33,926 nucleotides of DNA from Clostridia bacterium (GCA_017501125.1 JAFVXN010000131.1:1-33926); one strand, 5' to 3'; positions 1 through 8,686 are shown, counted from the stretch's first letter. Notes: generated from the letters alone by a model not told the origin. Numbers and translations are program-made.

Positions 1-1007
1 CCCAAAGAGGGCTCGACGACGTAAGGGACGTATCTTTCGTTCGTCACGGGATCGACATAGTCGATAGGCTTGCCGCATTCCTTCGCGTGTTGCGAAAGGT
101 CGTAGTCGGTACGATCGGCGATACCCCAAAGTTCACCCCAACCGAAAGCGAAGTTGTACTCAAAATCGGTGGTCGCCTTGGAGTAGAAACAAAGTTCCTC
201 GGGGCTGTGGTCGCGGAGGTGAAGATTTTCCGCCTTCATGCCGAGAGACAACAGCCAGTCGCGACAGAAATCCTTCCAGTAAGCGAACCACTCAAGGTCG
301 GTGCCAGGTTTGCAGAAGAATTCCAGTTCCATTTGCTCGAATTCGCGCACGCGGAAGATAAAGTTGCCGGGCGTGATTTCGTTGCGGAAAGATTTACCGA
401 TTTGACCGATACCGAAGGGCACGCGCATACTGGTAGAACGCTGTACGTTGGCGAAGTTCACGAAGATACCTTGCGCCGTCTCGGGACGGAGGTATACGGT
501 ATTGACGCTGTCTTCCGTGACCCCTTGGAAGGTCTTGAACATCAGGTTGAATTTTCTAATGGGGGTAAAGTCGCTGTTGCCACAGATAGGGCAGGCGATT
601 TTCTTTTCTGCGATGAAGGCTTCGAGGGCGTCGTTATCCATACTCTCCACCTTGACGTCGAGGCCGTGTTTTTCCACGTATTTTTCGACGAGGGAATCCG
701 CACGGTGGCGGGATTTACAGGACTTGCAGTCCATCAAAGGGTCGGAGAAACCGCCGAGGTGTCCCGAGGCTTTCCATGTGCGAGGGTTCATCAAAATCGC
801 GCAATCCAGCCCCGTGTTGTAGGGGTTTTCTTGTACGAATTTTTTCCACCACGCTTTTTTCACGTTGTTTTTCAGTTCTACACCCAAGGGGCCGAAGTCC
901 CAGGTGTTGGCGAGCCCGCCGTAAATTTCACTGCCTGGAAAGATGAACCCTCTGTTCTTGCAAAGGGATACTAATTTTTCCATCGTCACTGCTCTTTTTT
1001 GTGCCAT
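1..1007 (-). CDS. glyQS: Glycine--tRNA ligase (alpha2 GlyQS type), N-terminal ~335 codons; the C-terminus lies beyond the left window edge
   Basis: Edge-truncated, so it is absent from the ORF track. My reverse-strand translation from the ATG (CAT at 1005-1007) reads [54 protein letters not shown]...[37 protein letters not shown], a typical GlyQS N-terminus and class II core. AGGAG (1014-1018, - strand) lies 6 nt before the ATG. The + ORF at 87..974 is its antisense shadow. Confidence 0.9.
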   Translation of the reverse strand, partial: MAQKRAVTMEKLVSLCKNRGFIFPGSEIYGGLANTWDFGPLGVELKNNVKKAWWKKFVQENPYNTGLDCAILMNPRTWKASGHLGGFSDPLMDCKSCKSRHRADSLVEKYVEKHGLDVKVESMDNDALEAFIAEKKIACPICGNSDFTPIRKFNLMFKTFQGVTEDSVNTVYLRPETAQGIFVNFANVQRSTSMRVPFGIGQIGKSFRNEITPGNFIFRVREFEQMELEFFCKPGTDLEWFAYWKDFCRDWLLSLGMKAENLHLRDHSPEELCFYSKATTDFEYNFAFGWGELWGIADRTDYDLSQHAKECGKPIDYVDPVTNERYVPYVVEPSL

Positions 1008-1037
1008 GATTTTCTCCTTAGAGGTTAATACCGCTCT

Positions 1038-1066
1038 ATTATAACCCTTTTTTGACTTTTAGTCAA
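1038..1066 (-). promoter_or_regulatory. Sigma-A type promoter of glyQS
   Basis: On the - strand: TTGACT (1066-1061), 17-nt spacer, TATAAT (1043-1038). The predicted start near 1031 leaves only ~24 nt of leader. Confidence 0.65.
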
Positions 1067-1089
1067 CTGTTTATATAAGGCAAATATCG

Positions 1090-1129
1090 AAATAATTCGC
1101 TCGTTTTTGCGTCGTGCGTCGAGCCTTGT
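1090..1129 (+). repeat. Possible degenerate or deleted copy of the intergenic repeat family
   Basis: AAATAATTCGC (1090-1100) matches the family 5' word AAATACTTCGC at 10 of 11 positions. CGTCGAG (1117-1123) is directly followed by CCTTGT (1124-1129), two family words brought together. The central hairpin is missing. Confidence 0.3.
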
Positions 1130-1321
1130 GGATAGAAAGGGGTAGGGCAGGTACGACTTTAATTAAAAAGGGGTACCCGTGTACGGGTTGAAAATCGGTG
1201 AGAAAGACCCTTGCCGGCACCAAAGTCGAAAAACCCGCCTTTTTATACGCTAAAATGCGACAAAAAAATTAAAATTTTTTTCAAAAAGCCCCGCCGAACG
1301 ATTCCCCTTTTTGAATTTATA

Positions 1322-1330
1322 TGTTATAAT
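1322..1330 (+). promoter_or_regulatory. Candidate extended -10 promoter for fhs-glnS
   Basis: TGtTATAAT at 1322-1330, 36 nt before the fhs ATG. There is no good -35 (TTCCCC at a 17-nt spacing). Confidence 0.4.
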
Positions 1331-1366
1331 TAGTGAGTACAATAATTTACGCGCGAGAGGAGAACT

Positions 1367-3022
1367 ATGCTTTCGGATATCGAGATAGCAAAGGCTGCAA
1401 AATTACAAGACGTACGCGACGTGGCGAAAAAACTCCGTTTGCAAGAGGACGATTTGCACCTGTTCGGTAAGTATATGGCAAAGATTAATCTGCCGAAAGA
1501 CGCACCGAGAAAGGGAAAACTTATCCTGCTTACGGCGATCAACCCCACCTCGTCTGGCGAGGGCAAGACGACGGTATCCATCGGGCTTGCGGACGGAATG
1601 TCCCGTCTTGGCAAGAGGGTGTGTCTGGCGTTGAGAGAGCCTTCGCTCGGCCCCGTCTTCGGTATGAAAGGGGGTGCTGCGGGCGGTGGTTATGCACAGG
1701 TGGTGCCGATGACGGAGATCAACCTGCATTTCACGGGCGATATGCACGCCATCACAGCCGCCAACAATTTGCTGTGTGCCCTTTTGGACAACCATTTATT
1801 CCGCGGCAACGCGTTGAAGATACGTCCAGAGACCATTTGTTTCCACCGTTGTATGGATATGAACGAGCGTGCGCTCATCAATATCACCGTCGGGCAAGAG
1901 GGCAAAGGGGTAGAGAGAAAGGACCACTTTGACATCACGGCTGCCAGCGAAATTATGGCGGTGCTCTGCTTGGCGACGGATATTCCCGACTTGAAGAGAA
2001 GGCTGGGCAATATTATCGTGGGGCAGAACGAATCGGGCGATTTCGTCCTTGCAAAGGATATCCCTGGTGCGGTAGGGTCGATGGCGGTGCTTTTGCAAGA
2101 GGCGATGAAACCCAACCTCGTCCAGACGCTGGAGGGTACGCCTGCGATTATCCACGGCGGACCCTTTGCCAACATCGCACACGGTTGCAACAGTATTCAG
2201 GCGACGTACGCGGCGATGAGTCTTGCCGATTACGCCGTGACGGAGGCAGGTTTTGGTGCCGACCTCGGCGCGGAAAAATTCCTCGATACGAAGTGTAGGG
2301 TCGCTGGGATAGAGCCCGATTGCGTCGTCATCGTTGCGACGGTCAAGGCACTCAAATTACACGGCGGGGCTAAGAAAGAGGTCCTTTCCCAAGAGGATTT
2401 AATTTCCCTCGAAAAGGGTATGCCTCATCTTCTCAAACATATTGAAAACATCAAAAACGTATACAAAAAGCCCGTCCTCGTCGCGATGAACCGCTTTGCG
2501 ACGGACACGCAGGCAGAGACGGATTTCGTCATTGACGCGGTCAAGAAAGCGGGCTCGACTGCGGTGTTTACCGACGTGTTCTTGAAAGGCGGCGAAGGCG
2601 GTATCGCCTTAGCGCAAGAGGTTATCAAGGCTTGTGAAATACCGTCGAAGATGGAATACGCCTACGACTTAGATGCGCCGATTGCCAAAAAAATCGAAGA
2701 CATCGTGACGAAAATTTACGGTGGCAAAGGGGTGAATTTCTCGCCCGAGGCGCGCCAAAAGATGCAGACCCTTCAAGAGAAAGGCTACGGAAACTTGCCC
2801 GTGATTATCGCCAAGACGCAGTATTCGCTCAGCGACGACCCCAACCTTATCGGCAGACCTACGGGCTTTACCGTTGAGGTGCGCGACGTCGAACTTCGCG
2901 GTGGCGCAGGGTTTATCGTGGCGATAGCAGGAAAGATTCTATTGATGCCAGGGCTGGGGGTACACCCTGCTGCGGAAAAGATAGACTTGACCGACGACGG
3001 TCAGATCGTAGGGTTGTTCTAA
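1367..3022 (+). CDS. fhs: Formate--tetrahydrofolate ligase
   Basis: 551-aa ORF beginning MLSDIEIAKAAKL, with the nucleotide-binding PTSSGEGKTT loop. Full-length Fhs architecture. GAGAGGAG RBS before the ATG. Confidence 0.95.
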   Translation: MLSDIEIAKAAKLQDVRDVAKKLRLQEDDLHLFGKYMAKINLPKDAPRKGKLILLTAINPTSSGEGKTTVSIGLADGMSRLGKRVCLALREPSLGPVFGMKGGAAGGGYAQVVPMTEINLHFTGDMHAITAANNLLCALLDNHLFRGNALKIRPETICFHRCMDMNERALINITVGQEGKGVERKDHFDITAASEIMAVLCLATDIPDLKRRLGNIIVGQNESGDFVLAKDIPGAVGSMAVLLQEAMKPNLVQTLEGTPAIIHGGPFANIAHGCNSIQATYAAMSLADYAVTEAGFGADLGAEKFLDTKCRVAGIEPDCVVIVATVKALKLHGGAKKEVLSQEDLISLEKGMPHLLKHIENIKNVYKKPVLVAMNRFATDTQAETDFVIDAVKKAGSTAVFTDVFLKGGEGGIALAQEVIKACEIPSKMEYAYDLDAPIAKKIEDIVTKIYGGKGVNFSPEARQKMQTLQEKGYGNLPVIIAKTQYSLSDDPNLIGRPTGFTVEVRDVELRGGAGFIVAIAGKILLMPGLGVHPAAEKIDLTDDGQIVGLF

Positions 3023-3048
3023 AAACAACCGTTTAGAAAGGAAGAATT

Positions 3049-4683
3049 ATGGAAAATATAGAAGCAAGCAACTTTATCGAACAAATCGTCATCGACGATT
3101 TAGCGGCGGGGAAGATTAACGAGGTGCAGACCCGTTTCCCTCCCGAACCCAACGGCTATTTGCATATCGGGCACGTCAAGAGTATGCTCGTCAACTTCGG
3201 TACGGCGAAGAAATTCGACGGCAAGTGCAATCTTTTCTTCGACGACACCAACCCCTCCAAGGAGAAGACGGAATTCGTCGACGCAATCCGCAAAGATATC
3301 GAGTGGATGGGCTTTTCGTGGGCGAAGGAAGTGTACGCCAGCGACTTTTTCCCCGTCATCTACGAGTACGCGGAAAAACTCATCTTAGACGGCAAGGCGT
3401 TCGTATGCGATTTGTCGCCCGAAGAGATTTCTGCGACGCGTGGCACCCTCAAAGAGGGTGGCAAGGAGAGCCCGTACAGGAATCGTAGCGTAGAGGAGAA
3501 CTTGACCCTCTTTAGAGAGATGAAGGCGGGTAAGTATCCCGACGGGAGCAAGTGTTTGCGCGCAAAAATCGATATGGCGTCGCCCAACATGAACATGCGC
3601 GACCCCGTCATCTACCGTATTTTGCGTAGCACCCATCACCGCACGGGCGATACGTGGTGCATCTACCCTATGTACGACTACGCACATCCTATCTGCGACT
3701 ATTTGCAGGGTGTGACGCACTCCCTTTGCACGTTGGAGTTCGAGGATCACCGTCCCCTGTACGACTGGGTGGGTATCAACCTCGGCTTTGAACCCAAGCC
3801 TAGACAGATAGAATTCGCTCGACTTGCTATCACCAACACGGTTATGAGCAAGCGTTATCTTAAAAAACTCGTGGAAGAAAATCACGTCCACGGCTGGGAC
3901 GATCCCCGTATGCCGACGGTGACGGGGCTTAGGAACCGTGGCGTTCCCCCCGAAGCGCTGATTGATTTTTGTACGAAAATCGGCGTCGTTAAAGCCAACT
4001 CCGAGTGTCAGTTGTCCTACCTTGAGGCGTGTATCCGCGACAATCTCAACGCCAACGCAGAGAGGGCGATGGCGGTACTCGAGCCGTTGAAGGTGACGAT
4101 TACCAACTACGAGGGTAGCGAGCAGTTGTCGACGGCGTTGCACCCGTTGAAACCCGAACTTGGCGAAAGACCTTTGGCTTTTTCGGGCACCGTCTATATC
4201 GACAAAGCCGACTTCTCCCTCGACCCTCCTCCCAAGTATCAGCGGTTAAAACTCGGCGGCTACGTGCGTCTTAAGAACGCGTACATCATTCGTTGCGACG
4301 AGGTCGTACAGGACGACAAGGGCGAGGTAGTCGAACTCAAATGCACTTACGTTCCCGAGAGTAGATCCTCTTGCGATACGAGCGGTATCAAAGTCAAAGG
4401 CACCATTCAATGGGTAGACGCGGCGACGGGCGTGCCTGCGGAGATTCGCAAATATTCCTATCTTTTGAAGGATGCGGAATACGCAGGGCAGGACTTTGGC
4501 GAGCGTATGAATCTGGACAGCGAAACCATCTATCATGGCTACGCGGAGCCTTATCTGGCAGAGAGCGCTAACGAGAGCAGATTCCAGTTGATGCGCGTCG
4601 GCTATTATAAAAAATGCGTCGACGAAAAGGGTGGGCTCGTACTCAGCGAGATAGTCTCCCTCAAAGATAATTTCAATAAGTAA
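3049..4683 (+). CDS. glnS: Glutamine--tRNA ligase
   Basis: 544 aa. TRFPPEPNGYLHIGH (HIGH motif) and VMSKR (KMSKS variant), plus a GlnRS-type C-terminal anticodon-binding region. Starts 26 nt after fhs with an AAGGAAG RBS. Confidence 0.93.
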   Translation: MENIEASNFIEQIVIDDLAAGKINEVQTRFPPEPNGYLHIGHVKSMLVNFGTAKKFDGKCNLFFDDTNPSKEKTEFVDAIRKDIEWMGFSWAKEVYASDFFPVIYEYAEKLILDGKAFVCDLSPEEISATRGTLKEGGKESPYRNRSVEENLTLFREMKAGKYPDGSKCLRAKIDMASPNMNMRDPVIYRILRSTHHRTGDTWCIYPMYDYAHPICDYLQGVTHSLCTLEFEDHRPLYDWVGINLGFEPKPRQIEFARLAITNTVMSKRYLKKLVEENHVHGWDDPRMPTVTGLRNRGVPPEALIDFCTKIGVVKANSECQLSYLEACIRDNLNANAERAMAVLEPLKVTITNYEGSEQLSTALHPLKPELGERPLAFSGTVYIDKADFSLDPPPKYQRLKLGGYVRLKNAYIIRCDEVVQDDKGEVVELKCTYVPESRSSCDTSGIKVKGTIQWVDAATGVPAEIRKYSYLLKDAEYAGQDFGERMNLDSETIYHGYAEPYLAESANESRFQLMRVGYYKKCVDEKGGLVLSEIVSLKDNFNK

Positions 4684-4750
4684 TCGAAGGCAATTAAAAA
4701 CTAAATAAACATTCGTTATCTTTCGAGACGGATAAGTCAAGGAGCGTTTT

Positions 4751-5935
4751 ATGGAGATAGGAACGGTAACGGCGACTCTGCCGTTATACGTGCTTGGCTT
4801 AGTCGCAGTAGTATCCTGCGTCTTTGGCACCGTAAAAAGTTTCACGAAAGTTAAACATAACGGGTTAGTATGGGCGGCGGCAAGCGGCATCTTCTTGATT
4901 TTAGTCAAGTTGCTGATAGAGAATCGCGCCCTCGCCTCCTTGCCCGTTTTTCGATCTTGGCAACCTAACGTAGTTAATTTTATCGTCGCAATCGTGGTGA
5001 TAGCCCTTTCGGTATTTTTGTCCGTGGGTACCTTCGCTACGGTTAGACTGGCGCTGTCGGCGTCGAAAAATAGACGCCTTGCGCGCGTGGCGGAAAAGGT
5101 GGCGGAAGAGGACGGAGAGAACGTAGTAGGCGAGCCTCCGTTAACCGTCGTCGACGATTCTCCGCACCCTATCGGCCGTATCTTCGGCGGTGTGGCGGCG
5201 ACTTTCAACGCGCTTTCCGTGGCGATAGCGCTCTTCGTGCTCGTCTTGCTCGTGCTGCACGCGACGCCCCTAAAAGAGGGCGCGCTTGCCGATTTTTACA
5301 CCCAAGGCGCGACGGGCGCAGCGTGGTCCTTTTTGCATAAGTACGCCCTAGATTTGTTCGTGATTGCCTACGTGGCGTTCATGGTCCGCAAGGGCTTTGA
5401 GATAGGCTTTTTGGAGGTCTTGCGAAGGACGATTGTTTTCGTCGGGGCGTGTATCGTCCTCGTCGGTCCGTTTTTGTGGCTGTTTTCGCCGAGGTCTGCG
5501 GAAGGGACGTTCGCGTTTTGGGGCAATTTCGGTGAGGCAATCGGCGCGTGGCTGTTTGGCGCTACGGACGGAACTATGCCTTTGGCTGTCGGCGTGATTA
5601 TCGGCAAGATAGCGATAGGCTGTCTGTTGGCGGCGGTGGGTTGCGTCCTCGTCGTATCCGTCAACTGGTTGATGAAAAGGTTCGTCTGTTTCGTCGGCGA
5701 CGTCAAGGCGCTAAGCGTTGCGGAAAGGATTTTGGCGACGGCGATATTTTTTATCTTTGCGCTGTCCGTAGTCTTCGTGTTGTCCGCTATTTTTTACGCC
5801 TTTCATTATTACGGCGTCTTCGATATCCACGTTTTTTTCGCCCCGTCCTCGCCACTCAATTCCGCCTTCTTCGGTGCGTGCGAGCAGTGGCTAAACCCTA
5901 TATTCGAACAAGTCGCCCGACTGTTGGGCTCATAA
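4751..5935 (+). CDS. Multi-pass integral membrane protein, function unknown
   Basis: 394-aa ORF with about 9-10 hydrophobic segments and one charged loop (RRLARVAEKVAEEDGENV). AAGGAG RBS. I recognise no family motif. Confidence 0.7.
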   Translation: MEIGTVTATLPLYVLGLVAVVSCVFGTVKSFTKVKHNGLVWAAASGIFLILVKLLIENRALASLPVFRSWQPNVVNFIVAIVVIALSVFLSVGTFATVRLALSASKNRRLARVAEKVAEEDGENVVGEPPLTVVDDSPHPIGRIFGGVAATFNALSVAIALFVLVLLVLHATPLKEGALADFYTQGATGAAWSFLHKYALDLFVIAYVAFMVRKGFEIGFLEVLRRTIVFVGACIVLVGPFLWLFSPRSAEGTFAFWGNFGEAIGAWLFGATDGTMPLAVGVIIGKIAIGCLLAAVGCVLVVSVNWLMKRFVCFVGDVKALSVAERILATAIFFIFALSVVFVLSAIFYAFHYYGVFDIHVFFAPSSPLNSAFFGACEQWLNPIFEQVARLLGS

Positions 5936-5937
5936 CC

Positions 5938-5962
5938 AAACGGACCATAAGGTCCGTTTTTT
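5938..5962 (+). terminator. Intrinsic terminator
   Basis: AAACGGACC-ATAA-GGTCCGTTT followed by more T residues, immediately after the stop at 5935. Confidence 0.8.
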
Positions 5963-5987
5963 AACAAAATCAAAAGGAGAAAAACGT

Positions 5988-6443
5988 ATGAAGAGGATCA
6001 TGTTCGTATGCCACGGCAACATTTGCCGATCCCCGATGGCGGAATTCGTGATGAAAGATTTGGTCCAAAAGGCGGGCAGGGAGAAGGACTTTTTTATTGC
6101 CTCGTCCGCCGTGTCCGCGGAGGAGATTTGGGGAGAAGTGGGCAATCCCGTCTATCCGCCCGTAAAGAGGTTGCTTGCAGGGCTAGGGATATCCTGCGAG
6201 GATAAGCGCGCCACCCAACTTCGCTACGAAGACGGGGACAGGTACGACCTTTTCCTTTGTATGGACGATAGCAACCTCGTCAAAGCAAAGCGGATTTTGG
6301 GTGCGAAAAACGCCGAAAAATGTCAAAAAGCGCTCGCAATCGTAGGCGAGAGTCGGGACGTAGCCGACCCGTGGTACACGCGTGATTTCGACGCGTCCTA
6401 TCGGGATATTCTGCGCGTCTGTGAAAAGTTGTTAAAGGACTAA
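5988..6443 (+). CDS. Low-molecular-weight protein-tyrosine phosphatase family protein
   Basis: 151 aa. N-terminal CHGNICRS (the CX5R P-loop) at residues 8-15 and a DPWY acid loop near the C-terminus. AAGGAGA RBS. Confidence 0.88.
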   Translation: MKRIMFVCHGNICRSPMAEFVMKDLVQKAGREKDFFIASSAVSAEEIWGEVGNPVYPPVKRLLAGLGISCEDKRATQLRYEDGDRYDLFLCMDDSNLVKAKRILGAKNAEKCQKALAIVGESRDVADPWYTRDFDASYRDILRVCEKLLKD

Positions 6444-6453
6444 TCGTCGGCGG

Positions 6454-6484
6454 TTGACTAAAACCCTTCTTTTTTGCATACAAT
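6454..6484 (+). promoter_or_regulatory. Candidate promoter for the ferritin-like gene
   Basis: TTGACT (6454-6459), then TGcATACAAT around 6475-6484. The spacer is 18-19 nt, which is long. Confidence 0.4.
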
Positions 6485-6512
6485 GATAAGGTGCAATAAA
6501 AAGGAGGGGACT

Positions 6513-7787
6513 ATGAATCCGTTTTTAGAAAAGCCTATATCTATCGAAAAATCTTTGCAAAACTGGAAGGAACTGTATCCGCGCCCGTACCACAAAATGG
6601 AGGTGGACCCGTACACCAAGACGAGGATTATCCTTATGAACGGGACGGAGTTCGAGGCGAACTGGTTTTCCCATCAACTTGCCCGTCACACCTGTGACAA
6701 CGACCTGCGCCGTGACCTTTCGCTGGCGCGTATGGTGGAAAAGCAGCAGCAACTCAAGATTTCGCTGTTAAAGCCTGCGAACGAAAGCGCGCTGGAACAC
6801 ACGATCGGCTACGAGCAACTTGCCGTCGATTTGACGGCGGAACTTGCCAAGCGTGAAAAGGATTGCGACGTCAAAAAGGCGTTGGATTTTGCCTTGCTGG
6901 AAGACTTTGACCACTTATATCGCTACGCCAACCAGTTGGAGATGGAGCAGGGCGTTATCGCCGAGAGGCTGGTGGGTGGCTACACGGAGATTATGCCAGG
7001 GCGACCCACGATTGCGCATCACAGATTCCCCAAAGACAACGTCAAGAGGTGTATTAATTCCAAGACTGCGGATAAGCAAACGGTACTGGCGACCCTTATT
7101 ATCACGGCGGCAGAACAGCAGACGATGAACTATTATATGAATATCACCAACTTCGCGCGCAACGATATGTCGCGGAAGTTGTACGAGGAGATAGCGCTCG
7201 TAGAAGAGGAACACGTCACGCAGTACGAAAGTTTGCAAGACGCAGGCGCGACGTGGTTGGAGATGCTCCTTTGGCACGAGTATACGGAGTGCTACCTTTA
7301 CTGGTCCTGCTACAAGACGGAGACCTGCGACTATATCAAGGCGTTGTGGCTCCAGAACCTCGAGATGGAGATTGCGCACCTGCACAAGGCGGCGGAACTC
7401 CTCAAAAAATACGAAGGGAAGGAGTGGCAGGAGGTTATCCCCGACGGCAATTTCCCCAAGCCTTTGTCCTTGCACGAGAACATCGAATACGTGCGTGAGA
7501 TTTTAGCCACGACGGTGCAGTATACGGGCGTGAAAGAGGGGTACGAGAATATCGACGACCTGCCCGACGACGCCACCTTCTTCAACTATCAAAAACAAAT
7601 CAACCCCACGGCGTGTATCGTACCCTCTCACGGAGTAATCGACGCGCATATCCGCCATTGTGGAAAAGACTACCGCTACGAAGTAGCGGAGAATCCCGTC
7701 AAAGCCCTCCGCTCCCGTCAGTGTGACAATACGACGGTGGGGATAGTAAAGGGGGTGGCAAAGAGCACGGGCTTTACCTGTAATTAA
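6513..7787 (+). CDS. Ferritin-like / di-iron-carboxylate type protein, function unknown (424 aa)
   Basis: Start moved to the ATG at 6513, which has an AGGAGGGG RBS (the track ORF starts at 6474). Several E..E/ExxH-type helices: TEFEANWFSH, LEDFDHLYRY, VEEEHVTQYE, EMEIAHLH. I cannot name the family precisely. Confidence 0.75.
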   Translation: MNPFLEKPISIEKSLQNWKELYPRPYHKMEVDPYTKTRIILMNGTEFEANWFSHQLARHTCDNDLRRDLSLARMVEKQQQLKISLLKPANESALEHTIGYEQLAVDLTAELAKREKDCDVKKALDFALLEDFDHLYRYANQLEMEQGVIAERLVGGYTEIMPGRPTIAHHRFPKDNVKRCINSKTADKQTVLATLIITAAEQQTMNYYMNITNFARNDMSRKLYEEIALVEEEHVTQYESLQDAGATWLEMLLWHEYTECYLYWSCYKTETCDYIKALWLQNLEMEIAHLHKAAELLKKYEGKEWQEVIPDGNFPKPLSLHENIEYVREILATTVQYTGVKEGYENIDDLPDDATFFNYQKQINPTACIVPSHGVIDAHIRHCGKDYRYEVAENPVKALRSRQCDNTTVGIVKGVAKSTGFTCN

Positions 7788-7804
7788 GGGTTTTTCTTCT
7801 TATA

Positions 7805-7890
7805 GGCTTCGCAATACTTCGTCGAGGCTCGCTTGCGTACTACCTGTACGCGCGCTTGCTTCTCCTTGTCTTGCTCGCCTCTAAAAAGAA
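7805..7890 (+). repeat. Intergenic structured repeat, unit A1 (type 1)
   Basis: GGCTTCGCAATACTTCGTCGAGGCTCGCTTGCGTAC-TACCT-GTACGCGCGCTTGCTTCTCCTTGTCTTGCTCGCCTCTAAAAAGAA. Starts 17 nt after the stop at 7787. Shares family words with units at 7902, 9119, 9888, 15498 and 23944. Confidence 0.9.
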
Positions 7891-7901
7891 AAGGGTGGAA
7901 G

Positions 7902-7988
7902 GGCTTCGCAATACTTTGTCGAGGCTCGCTTGCGTACTACCTGTACGCGCGCTTGCTCTCTTCTTGTCTTGCTCGCCCCTAAAAAGAA
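7902..7988 (+). repeat. Intergenic structured repeat, unit A2 (tandem to A1)
   Basis: Same unit 97 nt downstream of A1. It differs at only a handful of positions, including one 1-nt indel. Confidence 0.9.
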
Positions 7989-8014
7989 AGCAATTCCTAT
8001 GAAATTTTTGACAA

Positions 8015-8042
8015 ATACCGTCGTGATTTTTCACGGCGGTAT
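8015..8042 (+). terminator. Strong hairpin, possible terminator of the ferritin-like transcript
   Basis: ATACCGTCGTG-ATTTTT-CACGGCGGTAT: 11 bp with one G.U. It is followed by CTTTAC, so the U-tract is poor. Confidence 0.4.
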
Positions 8043-8043
8043 C

Positions 8044-8072
8044 TTTACAAACGGGCAGAAGTTTGCTATACT
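8044..8072 (+). promoter_or_regulatory. Promoter of the nitroreductase gene
   Basis: TTTACA (8044-8049), 17-nt spacer ending in TGc, TATACT (8067-8072). Confidence 0.6.
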
Positions 8073-8113
8073 ATATTAAAAAGATACGCCCACGCGCGTA
8101 TAAGGAGAAAGAG

Positions 8114-8638
8114 ATGAACGAAACTTTGCGTACCATTTTAGAAAGACGTAGCGTCAAAAAATACAAGCCCGACCCCGTCGCAAAAGACTTGATCGAGCAG
8201 GTAGTGGAGGCGGGTACCTTTGCCGCAACGGGCAGGAACCTGCAATCCCCGATTATCATCGCCGTCACCAACAAAGCGGTGCGTGACGAACTCTCCCGTA
8301 TCAACGCCGAGGTAATGGGCGCAAGTGGCGATCCCTTCTACGGCGCGCCCTGCGTGCTCGTCGTCCTCGCCGACAAATCAGTGTCGCGCAACTATATCTA
8401 CGACGGCTCCCTCGTGATGGGCAATCTTATGCTGGCGGCGACCTCGCTGGGGCTTGGTAGTTGCTGGATTCATCGCGCAAAGGAAACGTTCGAGTTGCCC
8501 GAAGGCAAAGCGCTCTTGAAAAAACTCGGTATCGACGGGGATTTTGAAGGAATCGGCAACTGTGTCATCGGCTATGCCGATTGTCCGCAACCTGAGGCAA
8601 AGCCCCGCAAGGAAAACTGGGTGTATTTTGTAGAATAA
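8114..8638 (+). CDS. Nitroreductase family protein
   Basis: Start at the ATG 8114 with an AAGGAGA RBS (the track ORF starts at 8063). MNETLRTILERRSVKKYK is the typical nitroreductase N-terminus. 174 aa. Confidence 0.88.
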   Translation: MNETLRTILERRSVKKYKPDPVAKDLIEQVVEAGTFAATGRNLQSPIIIAVTNKAVRDELSRINAEVMGASGDPFYGAPCVLVVLADKSVSRNYIYDGSLVMGNLMLAATSLGLGSCWIHRAKETFELPEGKALLKKLGIDGDFEGIGNCVIGYADCPQPEAKPRKENWVYFVE

Positions 8639-8686
8639 GCAATCCAAAATTTCCCAAAATAATTTTAACTTTTTTTGCATAACCTA

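Noticed and set aside
87-974. 295-aa + strand ORF, and the nested 448..822 ORF
   Set aside because: It is antisense to a clearly recognisable glyQS reading frame on the - strand. It has no RBS, and its composition (R/V/F/E-rich) is typical of a codon-bias shadow ORF.
1080-1366. ZTP (pfl), THF or T-box leader upstream of fhs
   Set aside because: I looked for the diagnostic words (CCGCCTGGGC and TGACTGGCG for ZTP, a GGGTGGTACCGCG-like T-box sequence, THF core motifs). I found only a loose resemblance (AAAAAGGGGTACCCGTG). A model search is needed for a final answer.
4246-5208. 320-aa - strand ORF bridging the glnS 3' end and the membrane-protein gene
   Set aside because: It crosses an intergenic spacer and two well-supported + strand genes, and it has no RBS or recognisable motif.
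6474-6512. Upstream in-frame starts given by the ORF track (6474, 8063, 8751, 10490, 11007, 29141, 24069)
   Set aside because: In each case a downstream ATG has a properly spaced AGGAG-type RBS, or (for pcrA) gives the conserved N-terminus. The upstream extensions overlap promoters, terminators or repeats.
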